DNA of 58,557 nucleotides, filler included, from Basidiobolus ranarum (lineage: Eukaryota): the NCBI GenBank assembly GCA_040143965.1. It is 8 parts of 8 records of this genome, joined end to end, with 100 filler letters (N's around TTAATTAATTAA, not from the genome) between each part and the next. Parts side by side here need not be neighbours in the genome. Positions count along the whole stretch, not along the records: positions 22,037 to 29,271 come from JASJQH010008034.1; positions 29,372 to 36,603 come from JASJQH010008035.1; positions 36,704 to 43,928 come from JASJQH010008036.1; 5 more parts are not named here. One strand, 5' to 3'. Below the pieces are notes generated by a model. It saw only the letters and a list, made by a program, of their open reading frames with translations. It was not told the origin of the DNA and did not search any database. Made by a program: the position numbers and the translations under genes. Below are positions 22,037 through 37,830 of the stretch, piece by piece. Each line of letters begins with the position of its first letter. The stretch's first letter is position 1.

Positions 22037-25000
22037 ACCGTTTGCAACTAATCCTTCCGTGTGCCCCTCAATGATTTCATCCATTTCGTGTTGACCTTGT
22101 GGACGCATTGTCACCTTTATGCTTTCTTCATGATGGTACAGGACAGGTAATCCACATTCTATCATCCTGAAGTGAAGAAAACTCATCAGTCCTTGCTGTT
22201 TCCCATATTTTGTACTCTGACCATACCTTGTACCTTTCAATGGTTCCATCAACTTGGTTTTTTACTTTATAGACTCATTTGCCACCTATTGGCTTTCTTC
22301 CTGTTGGTAGAAGATTGTAAGCCCATGATTTATTGTCCCAGAGTGAAAAAAACTCATCAGCCTTTGCTATTTCCCATATTTTACATTCTGGACACTCCAG
22401 AGCTTGATCTAGAATCGGAGGATTGTCATAAAATGCCATATGATTATAGACATCATCATTGGATGTTCACCAGTTGCCTGGCTTGTTTTTCCTTCTGGAT
22501 ACTCTTCTATGTACTGAATCATCATCCTCTGATGTTATTGGGGTGTGAACTTTGGGGAAATTGTGCTGGATGCACCTGGAATTTTGTCCGACACTTCTTG
22601 AATAGTGTTGATTGTGCTTTCTTGATCAAGAACTGTGATTGGAGGTTGAAAAATTACTATTTCATCAAAAAACACATGTCTACACCAAAATAACTTCTAA
22701 TTTTTGGTATTTCTTACTTTCAGGCCGTAGATTCATCACCTTAACTAAGAAGTATGCATTTACTACATTTGGGTTCTAATGTAGGGAATTTTTGAGCTTG
22801 AATTAGGCAATACACTATGCAACCAAAGTTCCTTATCTGATACACAGTTGGTTTTGATCCTTGTAGGGCTTCCAGTTGAATGGATTCTTGTAGCAATCTT
22901 GTTGGGCATCCGTTTTCAATATATTACAGTAGAGACCGATTCAGCCCAACATTGCTAATTTAATTTTGCATTATGTAGCATTGATCTTGTCATCTCCATT
23001 ATGGTCCTATTACCTTTTTCCACAACTCCATTTTGCTGTGGGGTGTATGGTACAAAAGTTTGTTGCTTAATTCCATGTTTAGAATACAAACTTGAGAAGT
23101 CTTTTGAGCAATATTCTCCTCCATTATCACTACCTGGTACCTCTATTTCTTGTGCTGATTCTTTCTCTACCATTATTTTTTAGTTGTTGAATGTAGTTAA
23201 GGCTGCAAGTTTTCAATTGAGAAAGAACAACCAAAGGTAGCATGTTTTGTTGTCAACACAGGGCTTAAAGTACCTTTTGTCCCCAGGTGAGATGTTTTTT
23301 GTGTGCCTGCAGAGGTCAGGTGGTGTTCAGGTCAAATTTTTGAGTGGATTTGATCTCTCCAGAGCTTGAAAATGGCTGTCTGTTAAATTTTCCATATATG
23401 CAACCTTCACAATGATCTAATTTGATGATATATTCAATAACTAGACCTGAAATAAGCTCAATTATGATCATTTTGGGAAGTATTTATTCATGACATGACC
23501 TAATCCTCCATGCCATGTTTAACAGCTTATCTCACTGGCTTTGACCATGTTTGCATGCTTAGAATTCAATCTGTTGATTTCTGGCTTGTATAATTTTGGT
23601 TTTTTGATACCAGTTGCAAACTTGGTCTCATTCTGATCTGTAATAATGCATTAAGCTTTGCTGAACATGAAATCTAGTCCTTGAGTCATTGTTTGGCTTA
23701 CTGAGTAGATACTTGGCTATGTTTGGCACTTAGAGTAAATCATCAAATTTTGCAGATGGTGCAGCTCAATTTTTGTTCTAAATTGAGCACAACTGTTCCC
23801 TTACCATTGGCATCTAGAGATTGGTCATTTGCATGTAGACTTTCCATGTTTGGATGGGCTTTAAGCAGGATAACTAGCATTTCTTGTTTGACATATTCTG
23901 GGAAGCTCCTTCGTATATATATCATGTTTCCAAGTCTTCTGTAGTGGTTACTGATAGAGCAGACACATATAGAAGATCCTTATCAGTGTTTACTTGATTT
24001 GTTGATCCAATTTTAGCTTGGTGGCAAAATCCTTTTTCTGCAATCTTATCTTAATGACCTGGTTTCTTACAATAGTAGCAGATGGTAATCTCCTATTGAG
24101 GTCAACATTATAGAGGCCAGATGGATGTTTTACACCTCCAAAAAGTTCCTGATCTTCAATATTTTGCCAGGAATGAGATCTCTTTGATTCCTGATTTAAA
24201 AGACTAGCACCTACATATTACATTGTCAAAGGCTCTGCTCTAGATTCTACAGCAATTAAGAGGCTCTCACACATGTCTACCAGGCTCCCAGGTAGTGTCA
24301 CAACTAAGTCATCTTTATTTAGAGGTGCTTCATTGGATGATAGCTGATCTGCCATAGTTTTAATACAATATATATGTTAGGCATAGTATCATCATAATCT
24401 GTCTGAATCGAGAGTATTCTTGCAAAAAAAATGGCCTATTGGCTAGACTTTTAGTCAGATATAAGCTTTCAAATGTTTTCCAAGCATTTTTGAAGTTTTC
24501 TAAGTGTATGTGTTTCAATTCAGAGTCTCTGAGGAGCAGACAAAGTGCAGAGAGTGCTTTCCTCTGCTTCTTATCAAAGGCAATGATAGCTTCTGGTGAT
24601 TCCTTTGGCTCTATTTTGTCCCCAGTAACAAATCACTAAATGTTTGTCTTTATCTTCTAGCACCATTTGCATCTTGAATTTCCATAGGTGAAAGTCTTCT
24701 CAATCTAACCCATTGGTGGAAGCAAAAATGTTAGTAAAAATGCTGGTAGACATTCTTTTAAGAGCTTGCTTGGGGCTCATTATCTGAAAGAAGTGTTCAG
24801 GGAATTTGGAAGTATTTTGGATAAGAATGGGATTTGCAAATCAGACACTTGAGTTTTATTGAATTGAATATGTCCAAGTTATAGTTTACTATGAAGTTGG
24901 ACCCATGGACATGCTTTAATTGAAACAAACATGCCTGTAAAGTATGGGTGAAAATATGAGATGATTTGTAAATGATTGATAAATGGTCAAAATCTGTAAA

Positions 25001-25130
25001 GTTATATAATTGATTTTTATATTGGTGAGAGCTAAATTCAAAGATTTTTGAAAGCCAGAATTGAGTACTAAGTTGTCAGAATATGGATAAACCAACTACT
25101 AACTTAAGAGCTACTATATATTTACTTTTA
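22037..25130 (-). mobile_element. Degenerate Copia element: LTR family A (~24785-25130), gag, protease, integrase and start of RT
   Basis: FHLWKFKMQMVL, CYYCKKPGH, SDNGGEYCS, PYTPQQNGVVE, GLVANG at the RT start; PBS remnant ATGAGCCC near 24773-24780. Confidence 0.88.
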
Positions 25131-25559
25131 AAAGTGGAATAAGATATATATAAATCATAATTGAATAGTTATCAAAAGGAACCCAGATAAGTGAATATGC
25201 TTTAATGTTACTGTAATTTGTTCATTGGTGGCACTTTTGTCATCAGTAAACTTGAAGGTTTTTCTGGCAACAATGCACTACCATCGTGCTGCAAATTTTG
25301 TTAGATCAATATAGTTTGCTCCACTAAGCATATGTATCACTACTATCCCAAAACAACATTAACTGTATGATTTTGCCATTAAGAGTTTTGTCAAATTTCT
25401 ACATGCTCACTAACTTCAACTCACCAAATAGGCAATCTAACAATACACTTTGGATTAGCTATGAGCCTAAGAGCATCTGGCTAAAGGGGATTAGCTAAAG
25501 CCATAGCTTCCCATTAGCTACTATGTACTTACTATTTGGTAATATTTGAATACTACTAC

Positions 25560-26100
25560 CTCAGCTGTATGGTAGAAATTTGAACTGAATGAGCCTTACA
25601 AGATAGGCTCAAAGTTGAAATTGATGGGAAAATGCTTGAAATCATCAAGCCACCATTACATCTTGCCTTGACTTCAATTGAAATCCTCTCACCTGGGCTT
25701 TCACTTAAGGAAACAACTGGAAGTATTGGATTTGTATGTATTGATGCAGAATCTCTATTAGATTTCTGCTCAATAGATACTGGCAATATTTGGAATTGTT
25801 TGTAAATATTGTTGATATATTTTATACCATCAACTCAAATTGGCAGATCTGAGGCAATACAGGAAGTGTGCAAATATTTGTAATTAAATATGAAAAATAT
25901 TTCAGAGGCTGAAGGAAGAGAGTTTAAACCTATACCTCTGTTCAATAAGCTCCCAGATGCATCTTTGACAGTGCTTAGATGTTATAGGCCCTTGTTGTAA
26001 ACTCTGCGAGTTCCCCATGGTGTGTACCTGTTGTGAGATGCTGCTTGTTGAGAAATAAGCAGTATTACTCCATACTACTCTGGTAGACACTGTCTCAATA
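25560..26100 (+). mobile_element. Possible highly degraded CACTA/EnSpm-like DNA transposase remnant
   Basis: IGPCCKLCEFPMVCTC resembles the GP..W.FPMER.CG motif; CpG-depleted context. Confidence 0.3.
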
Positions 26101-27099
26101 TAATCAGTGATGGATGTAATATAATATGTTAAGGAGATTCTACAAATTATTAACCTTTGAGCACAGGCCTCATTTCAATTTGCTTGCTTGTTTTTGGATT
26201 ATTTAAAAATGATATTAGCAGCAAGACCCAATCCATAGCCACAGAGTAAGTACCTCTATAATTTACATCACTTGGGCCTTGTGATAAACCAATGGCACTT
26301 CTAGGAAAGCTGCAAGACTTGTAAGAGAAATCAAGACATGTGGTATCACTGTCTTGGCTGCAGGGTAATCCAAGCAAGTAATGACAATGCATTTGTGGCA
26401 GGTCATTTTTTGATTGCAATTCAGGGGTATTTTGGCTAAATTCTCAATGGAAATTTGCCTAAATCCCAAAACTGAATGGCATTTTGAATGGTAAGAAGAA
26501 TCAGCTACTAATAAGTGTCAGTGCTACAATAAATCTGAGATATTCAACAATTTTTTTACTGGTAGTTTGATGGCTAGGCATAGTGATATTATTGAGATGT
26601 GTATTATACATCAAATATGTGCAGAAACAAGGACTAAACAGATCCATATTGCTTTATCTTTGGTTCTCATTATGGCTGCAAAAACAAAACCTAAAATATC
26701 TAAAAAATGCATGCATTTCAATTGAAGTTCCTATGGCAGCAAAGCCAGAAATTTGCTAGTAGAGAAATGTAGTAAATTGAACAATCCATTGCCAAAATTG
26801 AGGATCAAATTTGCATATTTGCAATTTCCCTATTATTATAGCTTCATTAGTATTTACCTCTGTTAGATATATATATATTATTATAGCTTTCTCAAATTAT
26901 TTGGTGACTTGTTGGATTCACAATAATCAAAGCTTGATTCTAATGGAGTATTTCACAACTTTCCGGATTACATTTCAACTTTACAGAACATTCCATTGAC
27001 AAGTAATCACATGATCTATGATGCTCTAATAACCATGCATCCATGTTAATAGAATATTCTAGAATAATGTAGAAATTTCATTGTTATGCCATTATACCT

Positions 27100-28555
27100 G
27101 CAGAAAAGCTGTAATAGGATCCTCATTGGTGAAATAAACATCTTTCCTGTCACTTAACTAACAATCACTATTTGTGATCTCCACTTAAAATTCATCACTT
27201 CTTACATGATCTTTGAACAGGAAGCTTAACAAATACTATAAGAGACAGCTACCAGCTGTGGCATTACTAGAGAGGTCTTGATTAGCTTTTGCACCTATGG
27301 GTATTGCACTCTTTGAATCCCTTGCATAGCCCTCAAGTTATTAAAGTCATACCTGCTGCTTGCATTCTAGAATAGCTATGTTAACCAATATCATTCTGAA
27401 TTTTAATCAATTCCACTCCACACCTATAAGCATCATTGTCACAATCTGGCAGACCACAGGGCCAATTTTGCCAACTATCAAACACCACTCCATACCCAAT
27501 TTTGAAGGAAATATTACAATAAGGGAATTGCAGGCACAACAACATAATGATTTGAAAGCAATCATAAGTAAAAACTACTTAGCTGCTATAAAGGCCATAA
27601 CAAGCAATAATGCCACAATATTGCAATAAACACAGCATTTTGAAGCAACTTGTCATCAGCTAAAGAGTCACTCAACAGTAAAATTGATAAAAGTGTCTAG
27701 GAGTCTGCATCACTGTAGTGTTCAAAAGTTTTGGCATCAGAAGTGGCACAGTATTCCAGAAATAGGTCTAGAGTTCCTCTTAAATACCTGAATATTCATT
27801 TGACAGCAGTTTTGTGCTCAGACCCTGGATTTTTGAGATATTGGCTGATAGTTCCCACTGCTACCTCAATGTCTGAATATTTTCCAACCATTATATACAT
27901 TAAACCACCCACCATGGTTTGTCAAGGGGGCTCCTAACTTTGATTTGAGTCATTTTGGCCAAATTAGATGAAATTTTGATAAATTCACATTGGGAGCCAT
28001 TGGTGCTGAAACAGGCTTGCTATGCTCCATATTGAAGCATTTCAGGATGTCTAAGATGTATCTAGACTGAATCAGCATGGTTTTCTGATTTTATATATCT
28101 CTCTTGATGTGGATTCCAAGAAAGTAACTCAATTCACCCATATCAGTCATCTGAACATTTATGGCAATAATCAAGTCATCCACAGATAGTACCAAGATAA
28201 GGATCCTATATCCAGTTGTTTTGATGTAAATACTGTGGTCCACTGAGCATTTTTGGAATTCCGCTGATTCCAAACAGGCTTCTATCTTGTTGTACCATGC
28301 CCTGGATGCTTGCTTGAGTCCATATAGTGATTTCTGTTGTTTACAGCCATAGCAGGGTGTTTTGGGTAAACAAATTCATCTGGTTGCCCCATATAGATCT
28401 ATACCACAAGATTTCCATTCAGAAAGGCTGTTTTATACCAATTTGATATAAATCATGGTTATGGATGGCTGAGAGTGCCAGGATTAATATAATGAAGCTA
28501 AACCTAGCTACTGGTGCAAAAGTTTCATCAAAATCAACTCCTGGAGTCTTGGAAT
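27100..28555 (-). mobile_element. Degenerate Copia RT-RNase H remnant
   Basis: GVDFDETFAPVARF, KTAFLNG, LYGLKQASRAWY, VLSVDDLIIA, DMGELSYFLGI. Confidence 0.88.
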
Positions 28556-29271
28556 TGTCATGATTCTGATCATGGAAACACTGATCCACTGTAAATAGAA
28601 CTCTTCCATTATTAGATTATGACATCATATCTGCTGTGCCATCCCTTCTTGGCAATCTTGTGTTAGATCATCCAGATTACCTTATATGGAAGTCATGTTC
28701 TTTGGAACATTCCACAAAACCTAACAAATTGTGTCATCCCGCACATAGTGTATTTCCACCAAGACCTTCCATGGAAGGTCACTTGATCATCCTTATATCA
28801 TCCCTCTTTTTATTGGTCCTTGTAGTCCCCAACACTCTGACTCTTGAACTTGCCACAGTATATTCCCTATTCAGTTTATTATATTTCACCTTATAATATC
28901 TATATAAGCCCCGTGTATTCCTTGATCAGACCTTGGTCTGATCAATGCCAGTTATCAACAAAGATTCTTGCCAAAGTATCTTCCCTGTCCAGTCTTGTCT
29001 TGTCTTGTCTTGTTGTCTACACCCAATACTTTCCTGCCTTCTAGCCTCTTGTCATTGTTTCCAGTCCTTGTCCAGTTCCTTATTGTGCCAGTTTGATCAG
29101 ACTACTTATACTTGCCTGTAGACTTCACTCCATCCCTGTTCTCCAACCTTGAAGCCCTTGTGGCTTCCCTCTTATTCCCCATCTTTCCCAAGCTTCCCTG
29201 CTAAGGCAAAGGTACCTTCCACCTTTGGATAATTGCTCCAAGTGCATCCTTGTCAAGACACTACTGGTTGA
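28556..29271. repeat. Probable LTR-like insertion interrupting the Copia RT
   Basis: Begins tgtca exactly where RT similarity stops; pyrimidine-rich, with (gtctt)n micro-repeats. Confidence 0.4.
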
Positions 29272-29480
29272 NNNNNNNNNNNNNNNNNNNNNNNNNNNNN
29301 NNNNNNNNNNNNNNNTTAATTAATTAANNNNNNNNNNNNNNNNNNNNNNNNNNNNNNNNNNNNNNNNNNNNCCATCCCTGATAGAGCATGTACGTGAAGC
29401 GGATATACTGATTGAATGGGATTTTAATGAAGAACCGATTGAGATATATATACATTCGTGAAATGAAGAGGTAGTGCGGA

Positions 29481-31366
<1,886 letters not shown>

Positions 31367-32099
31367 CACGATAATAGACGAAAGAAGCTTCAAGAGATAG
31401 GGCAATAAATAAAGGAGCACCCGACAGAAGCGCAATAATAAAAGAGAGAAAGAGAGAACCAGAAAGAACAATATTATGTAGTCTTATCCAGAGATTTACT
31501 TAAGGTATACAATTGATTAGGTATAAATAACACCCATTTCCCCACACCTCCGATAGCAAAAAAGACCACTTCGGATTATCCAATCCCATATATAGTAGAA
31601 TTGAGTTTCTTCAGCTGAATATCCTCGATATGCAGATTGTATGGTGTACATGTAATTCGCTATCATACACTTTTCTGTCAAATGATTCCACCCTACAATC
31701 AGATTATCGGTACTACACAGAATCTGGTTTTCATTGGCTTCTAGATACCAAAATAGAGTCTCTTGTGACTTGTAGAATCGTATTAAGTTTATCCCATCCA
31801 CTCAGATAATCTAACCAAGCAGAATACGTATATAGCAAAAGGAGTAATATATATTTAGTAGTAAAGAGAGAATGGAAGTAAAAGGCTAAGCTCAAGTTAC
31901 ATATCCAAGATTGGTTATTCTGATTTGTTTGATTGAAACATTAACAAATAATAACTAATTAAAATCAACATTCTGTACCTAAATCTGAATAAGTTACATC
32001 GTAATATACACCTGATATACACTCAACAATAAGATCGAGTAGGAGTGATAGATTGGACTTTACATTAAGAATGGGAATAAGGTGGAGAACTGAAGGGAA

Positions 32100-32647
32100 T
32101 CAATTCAGTTCTTCTATTTCTATGGTCATAAGTGTCATTAAAACTGCGAATACTGAAATTGATATAAATATAGTGGATAGACTACGACTGGGGCGTAAAG
32201 GGTTACGATCGTAGGCTAATTTATACTGCGTGCTTAGATATTTCAACAGAGGTATGGCGATACAAGTAAACGTGAGTATCGTCATTATGATACCAAGTTC
32301 TGTTCGATACTTATGAGACTTTCCAGGTTTAGTGATAATGCCGTCAGGATCGAAATGTTGAAGTGAAGCACAACACAGACCAATTAAAGTAAATGAAGTA
32401 CGAAACCAAGCCAAGTAAGTACGTTCGTTAGCTATTACGAAAAATCCCACGTATTTATATGTTTAGTATCAATACATAAGTTCTTCATGAAAAAAAAAAC
32501 CCTCTTTCTACCTAAATGATCTCTTGCTGTACTTCCCCGGTTCTCCAAAATCAAGGATTCCCAGCCAACATATGGTGTACGTTTTTTAACCAAGGGGGTA
32601 TTTTCGTTAGCTTCTTGGTGCGAAAAAGTTGGTCCCGGCATCGACAT
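32100..32647 (-). CDS. DUF202 (YidH/Vtc1-like) small membrane protein; intron 32432-32511
   Basis: ENRGSTARDHL|ANERTYLAWFRTS followed by three hydrophobic segments. Confidence 0.88.
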
Positions 32648-33261
32648 TTAAAGGATTAAAAATAAGGTTAAAAACTAGCTGCAACTTGAAGTAGATTATA
32701 CAAGTCAAAGTAAAAGTTTGGTAGCACTGATATTAAGTGGACTGGTAAGGGTTAAACAGGTGAAAAGTGCCAAGATAACTAGTGAAGCACAGTAATATTA
32801 AAATCAAGTGAGATAAATGCTTAGGATTCCTTTACGTTAACCAAACCTGCTCATCGACTATTTTTCTATAGTGCACATGGTTCTTTAATGTGACCCCTTC
32901 TAGATTGTTAAAATTACTCATTCTAAACAATTAGGGCCCTTTTTCCTTATTGGAAGAATGAATTACTGTTTTTATTACTATTATTGCCGTGTTACTTGAA
33001 ATTAAGGGCTAGACTTGAGCCAAGGTTAATACAGATATTCTTGTTGTACAATAGCTACCTGACCCTAACCCCCATCTATGTAATCCAGAGAGCAAAGGGG
33101 ACAAATACTGGCTAAGAGTGAGTAGGGGCTTGGGGAGTGTTAGTAAATACATATCAACAAAAAATAGGGTTACTTTTGATCGGATAAAGAGAATTTCCCT
33201 TGAGGATCAAGGCTCATTTAATCATTAAATAGATAAAACGGGAACTAGTAATAGAAACAAT

Positions 33262-35066
33262 TTAAATGGCATTTGCACCACGAAGTGTGTGAATCTCTTC
33301 TTTAGAGTAACCTAGATTCTGCAATACTTCCTCCGTGTGTTGACCAAGCATAGGTGGTGCTGACCTGATGGTGGCTTTAGATTCGCTATACTTGACCGGG
33401 ACACCTTCAAAGAAAATTAGAGAGTGTAGGAAGATTTTTTAAATTAGAAAATTTCAATATACCAGCAACTTTAATTTTTCCGGCTTTGGGATGCTCCACT
33501 TCTTGAATCATTTCACGATGTATTACTTGAGGATGTTCGAATGTCTGCTTCATATTATTAATAGGTCCGAAGGGTATTCCCAGGCCTTCTAGATTGGTGA
33601 TCCAGGATTTTGTTGGTTGTTTTCTGAAGATATCAGACAAGGTTTGAATCAATTTGTCCCTATTCTCAACTCTTAGAGTATTGGTGAGATATTTCGAATC
33701 AGTTGAAATTTCTTCTCGTTGTATGGCTTTGCACAGAGAACGAAATTGCCCATCATTGCCAGCTCCTATCATGATATATCCATCCGCTGTAGGAAACACT
33801 TGGTATGGAACTATGGATGGATGAGAGGTGCCCCAACGAGTAGCCTCATTTCCTCCCACAAGATAGTTACTACCAATATTTGCCAACGAAGCTACTTGAC
33901 ATTCTAGCAAGGAAAGATCCACTTTCTGGCCTCGATTAGTACGAACTCGATTTAGTAGAGAGGCCATTATCGCACCATGAGCATAAAGACCTAGAAACTC
34001 ATTTAATAAAGCTATAAACAAATACCGGCGTTAAGTTAGGAAAGTACCAGTAGTTAAATCTAATTGAACAAGTTATGCTTGAAATTAGTAAAATCCCAAT
34101 AAAATCATTTAAGAAAGATAAGAGAACCTGTAATGGCCACCCCTACTTTGACAGGTAATCCATCTGTTTCACCAGTAATGTGCATTAATCCCGCTTCCGC
34201 CTAAGAGATATTTTACAACGATGAGCATGGGACAGAGCAGAGATGAGATTAGATGAGCTGAATTACCTCAATAATCACGTCGTATCCGGGTTTTTGAGCA
34301 AAAGGGCCAGTAGGTCCATATCCTAGATTATCGTACACATTAGAATATCATTTTCATAGGAAGAGAAAGGGAGCAACATACCGGTGATGGAGGCGTAAAT
34401 CAATTTTGGATTCAGCTTGGATAGCTCTTCATAACCAAGGCCAAGTCTATCCAAAGTACCAGGGACATAATTTTCGACTAGTACGTCAGCTTCTTTGGCT
34501 AATCGATGTATAATCTCAAGTCCTTGTTTTGTTTTGAAATCCACTGTGATGGATTTTTTGTTACGATTTATCGACAAGAAATAAGCACTCTCCCCTCGTG
34601 TACCATCGGTGTTGGTTGCATAAGGAGGGCCCCAGGCGCGTGTATCATCCCCCACCTTAGGTCGCTCAACCTTGATAATCTCTGCCCTAAAAACGTTTCG
34701 TTTGTCAAAAGAAATTAAGCAAAAGATTTCCATATGACTGAGTTTTACCCTAAGTCACCTAGTAGCATTGTGCAGTATGGGCCAGCTGGGTTTTAGAACA
34801 AGAGAAGAATAGACGTTAGATCTAGCATTCAACTTAACTACAAAGCACTACTAATTCTCAAATATGAAATCAAGTGTACTATTTGAGAGCATTTTAAGCA
34901 TACCTAATACACGGGTCAAATCCAATACTTTAATGCCAGTCAACGGTGGCACATTCTCCGTTGGTGATGAAGTGCTATGTCTTCTGATTAAACCAATAGA
35001 CAAAGGTGTATTAACAGCCTTTGACAATTTCCAAAGAGTCTGACGAGGTAACAACTGATAAAGCAT
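33262..35066 (-). CDS. Mitochondrial CoA-transferase family III (CaiB/BaiF; SUGCT-like), multi-exon
   Basis: [71 protein letters not shown]-terminal targeting-like peptide. Confidence 0.93.
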
Positions 35067-36016
35067 TGAGAATAAAATGAGAGATATGAATTTTTTGGAA
35101 AAGTTACTATAGATTCCCACAAGGAATAGTGTCGCAGTTGGAAATAGAGAACAGTTTGTGTTAAATAGCCTTGGCTGCTTTCTCACGACCTTTCGGACTC
35201 GTCGACTATGGGAACTTGAGATTTTCAGTGGCTTGATTTGGTCAATAATTTCATGAGAAATCGTCACAACATCCTCCTAAAATGCCTCAATATGAAACTA
35301 TTACATATCCCCATTGCACTAGGTTTGAAGTTCCGTTGCACTATGAACGCACACATAAGCTTGAAGTAACTCCAAGTATTTCTTGTGCTTCTCTACATAC
35401 TGTCCTCTGTCTCTTTAATTGACATGTCCGAACTTCACAAATATTACTACATCAATATCTCCGACATATAGGTTGCTGCGCTTACGTATCAACTCCATTG
35501 TATCATTGTATTGAATAAGGTAATCTAAAAACATGTGACTCGATTTCCTCACACAACCTCTGACCTGATCAGTTTCAATCCGATGCGTTGAACCAAGGTC
35601 TGATAACCCCTAGCTTAATGGATTAGATCTCAAAGTTGTAACCATTATTTGTCATGAATGGTGTCAGGGCCAGTGAGGGTTAGGGTCACTATCTATTCGA
35701 AGATGAAGTGAAATGGAGGTTTACCGCTAATAATGCCACCATGCCGAGATGACAAATCAGATAGCTCTTCACAATCTAAATTTAGACTTCAGCCTGGGTC
35801 TCCCCACTGTTGTAAACTGTTTCGGCTAGTCCATTAATAGCTAATGAAGATAGCTAGACAGACACGAATTATTGGGACCAAAATGGAAATAACAATACGA
35901 CATTATCTACATGCACTACTGACGAGTGTGTCTCAATACAATGCACCTTGCGAGTATATAACAACACTATCTCTCTCTACTTTTATTCGTATCACATTCT
36001 TCTTCGCACTCAAAAA

Positions 36017-36520
36017 ATGAAATTTCAATTATCCACCGTCATCCTTGGTTGCACCGCTTTAGTAGCCGCACAACAGCCAACTGCCATCCCATCGGACTTG
36101 CAAAATGTCATTCAAAGTGCTATAGAGAATGGTGTCCCCTCTATAGATAGTGCCTCCTTGATGTCGAAGGTTTCTTCTATTATAGGTACTGACTTTGCTT
36201 CGGTCACTTCGCAAATACCTTCTGGAGCGGCCTCATTGTCTTCTCAAATCGACTCAGCTTCTTCCCGATTCTCTTCCCAAATCGCATCAGTCACCTCTCG
36301 GCTATCCTCTGAGATCGCTTCTGCCTCCTCGGCCATAGCATCAGCATCCTCCACTGCATCGATCTCCAGCAGTAACTCCGTGGTCACCGCTAGTCCCTCT
36401 AAATCTAGCCCACTCTCCCCATCAGCCAATACCAATGCACCCGCTGGCTCTGATGCCAATATGTTAAGTATGTCAGGATTGTCACTAGTAGTCGCTTTCG
36501 TATGCACGTTGTGGAATTAG
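36017..36520 (+). CDS. Secreted Ser/Ala-rich, probably GPI-anchored cell-surface protein
   Basis: Signal peptide MKFQLSTVILGCTALVAA, low-complexity S/A body, small-residue omega-like site (SDA) and hydrophobic C-terminus. Confidence 0.8.
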   Translation: MKFQLSTVILGCTALVAAQQPTAIPSDLQNVIQSAIENGVPSIDSASLMSKVSSIIGTDFASVTSQIPSGAASLSSQIDSASSRFSSQIASVTSRLSSEIASASSAIASASSTASISSSNSVVTASPSKSSPLSPSANTNAPAGSDANMLSMSGLSLVVAFVCTLWN

Positions 36521-36703
36521 TTAAAACGTCGGAGATATCATTCATTGGGATCTATCTTTTCCCTAGCTATTTGTACCCCACATAACAATCATTGAAAAAT
36601 TATNNNNNNNNNNNNNNNNNNNNNNNNNNNNNNNNNNNNNNNNNNNNTTAATTAATTAANNNNNNNNNNNNNNNNNNNNNNNNNNNNNNNNNNNNNNNNN
36701 NNN

Positions 36704-37208
36704 TATCAGATTCCTTTACACCTAATAGTAAAATAATTGGTTACGTGAAGCTCACAAGTGAACCAGTTAAAAATATTCTTACCGATTTTCTCATTAATTT
36801 TCTTTTGAATGTCTTTGATGTCTGCTTCAATCTTCTTTAACTCTTTGGCATATGGACCTTGACCCTATTCATCGGATGACAGATTAGCATACATATCTAT
36901 ATATATACATCTAAATAAGACTAAACATACGTAGGTTTTTAGAAGAGCAATATCGCCTTCATCAAGAGCTGTTTGAAGTAATAAGGGTTAAAAAGGGCAT
37001 ATATAGAGAGATAGTAGCCAAGCCTAACATACCAACAATTTTCTCTTCTTTGCGATCTTCAGGATTTTTATCGTCTAAATAAACGATGGGAAACGAGATG
37101 AGTTAATATGAATGCTTCTAAAAGATACGTCCCTAATATATAGGACTAGAGGAACCCATGAACAATTTTCTACGAACATTTTTCCCAGTCAGACTTTGGA
37201 GGCGCCAT
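36704..37208 (-). CDS. RPT1: 26S proteasome AAA-ATPase subunit Rpt1 (PSMC2), 5' part; 3'-truncated
   Basis: Spliced: [70 protein letters not shown]. Confidence 0.93.
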
Positions 37209-37830
37209 TGTATGTATTTCAAAATTAGGTACACGAGAATAAATAAAATAAAATAAACTGGAGTGAAGTTCTTATTTTTTTATCTCTCAAGTGGTTGATG
37301 GAATAAAGGAACAAGTTGACTTTTTCTTTCACTGGTTCAAAGCCTTAAACTAACCTATACGTATTACCGTCTCTACCCAACTAAAATTAATTCCTCATTG
37401 ATGACGTTCTCAGATCTATCGTTTCGAAAACTATTATGTGCTAATAAATAATGTGATAAATAAAATTCCCATCTTTTTCCATTTGCTAAAATATTTGAAA
37501 TTCAATTTAGCTTACGTCATTTTAGAATTCAGATTAGGATTAGGGTTGAAGATAGTCATTGATTAAATTGGACAACTTAACATTTGATTTATGTATAATG
37601 CAGTCAAATTACGAGACTCATCTGAAAGCGTAAAACAATTTTTTTTTCTCCAAGTCTAAAAAAAAGATTCCTTTCCAAGAAAAAAGAAATTCACCATATT
37701 CTGTTGAAGTTTAGGTATAAAGTGAAATTTTGAAATTTCCTTACCAACGTACTTCATATAAATTCAAATAAACAAATAAATAATACTTTATTCAGTTCAA
37801 CGGCTGAGAAACACACTTGATACGACTAGA

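Noticed and set aside
22172-22693. 173-aa plus-strand ORF with an internal repeat
   Set aside because: Antisense to the Copia integrase-RT linker; the ~170-bp duplication is internal TE rearrangement.
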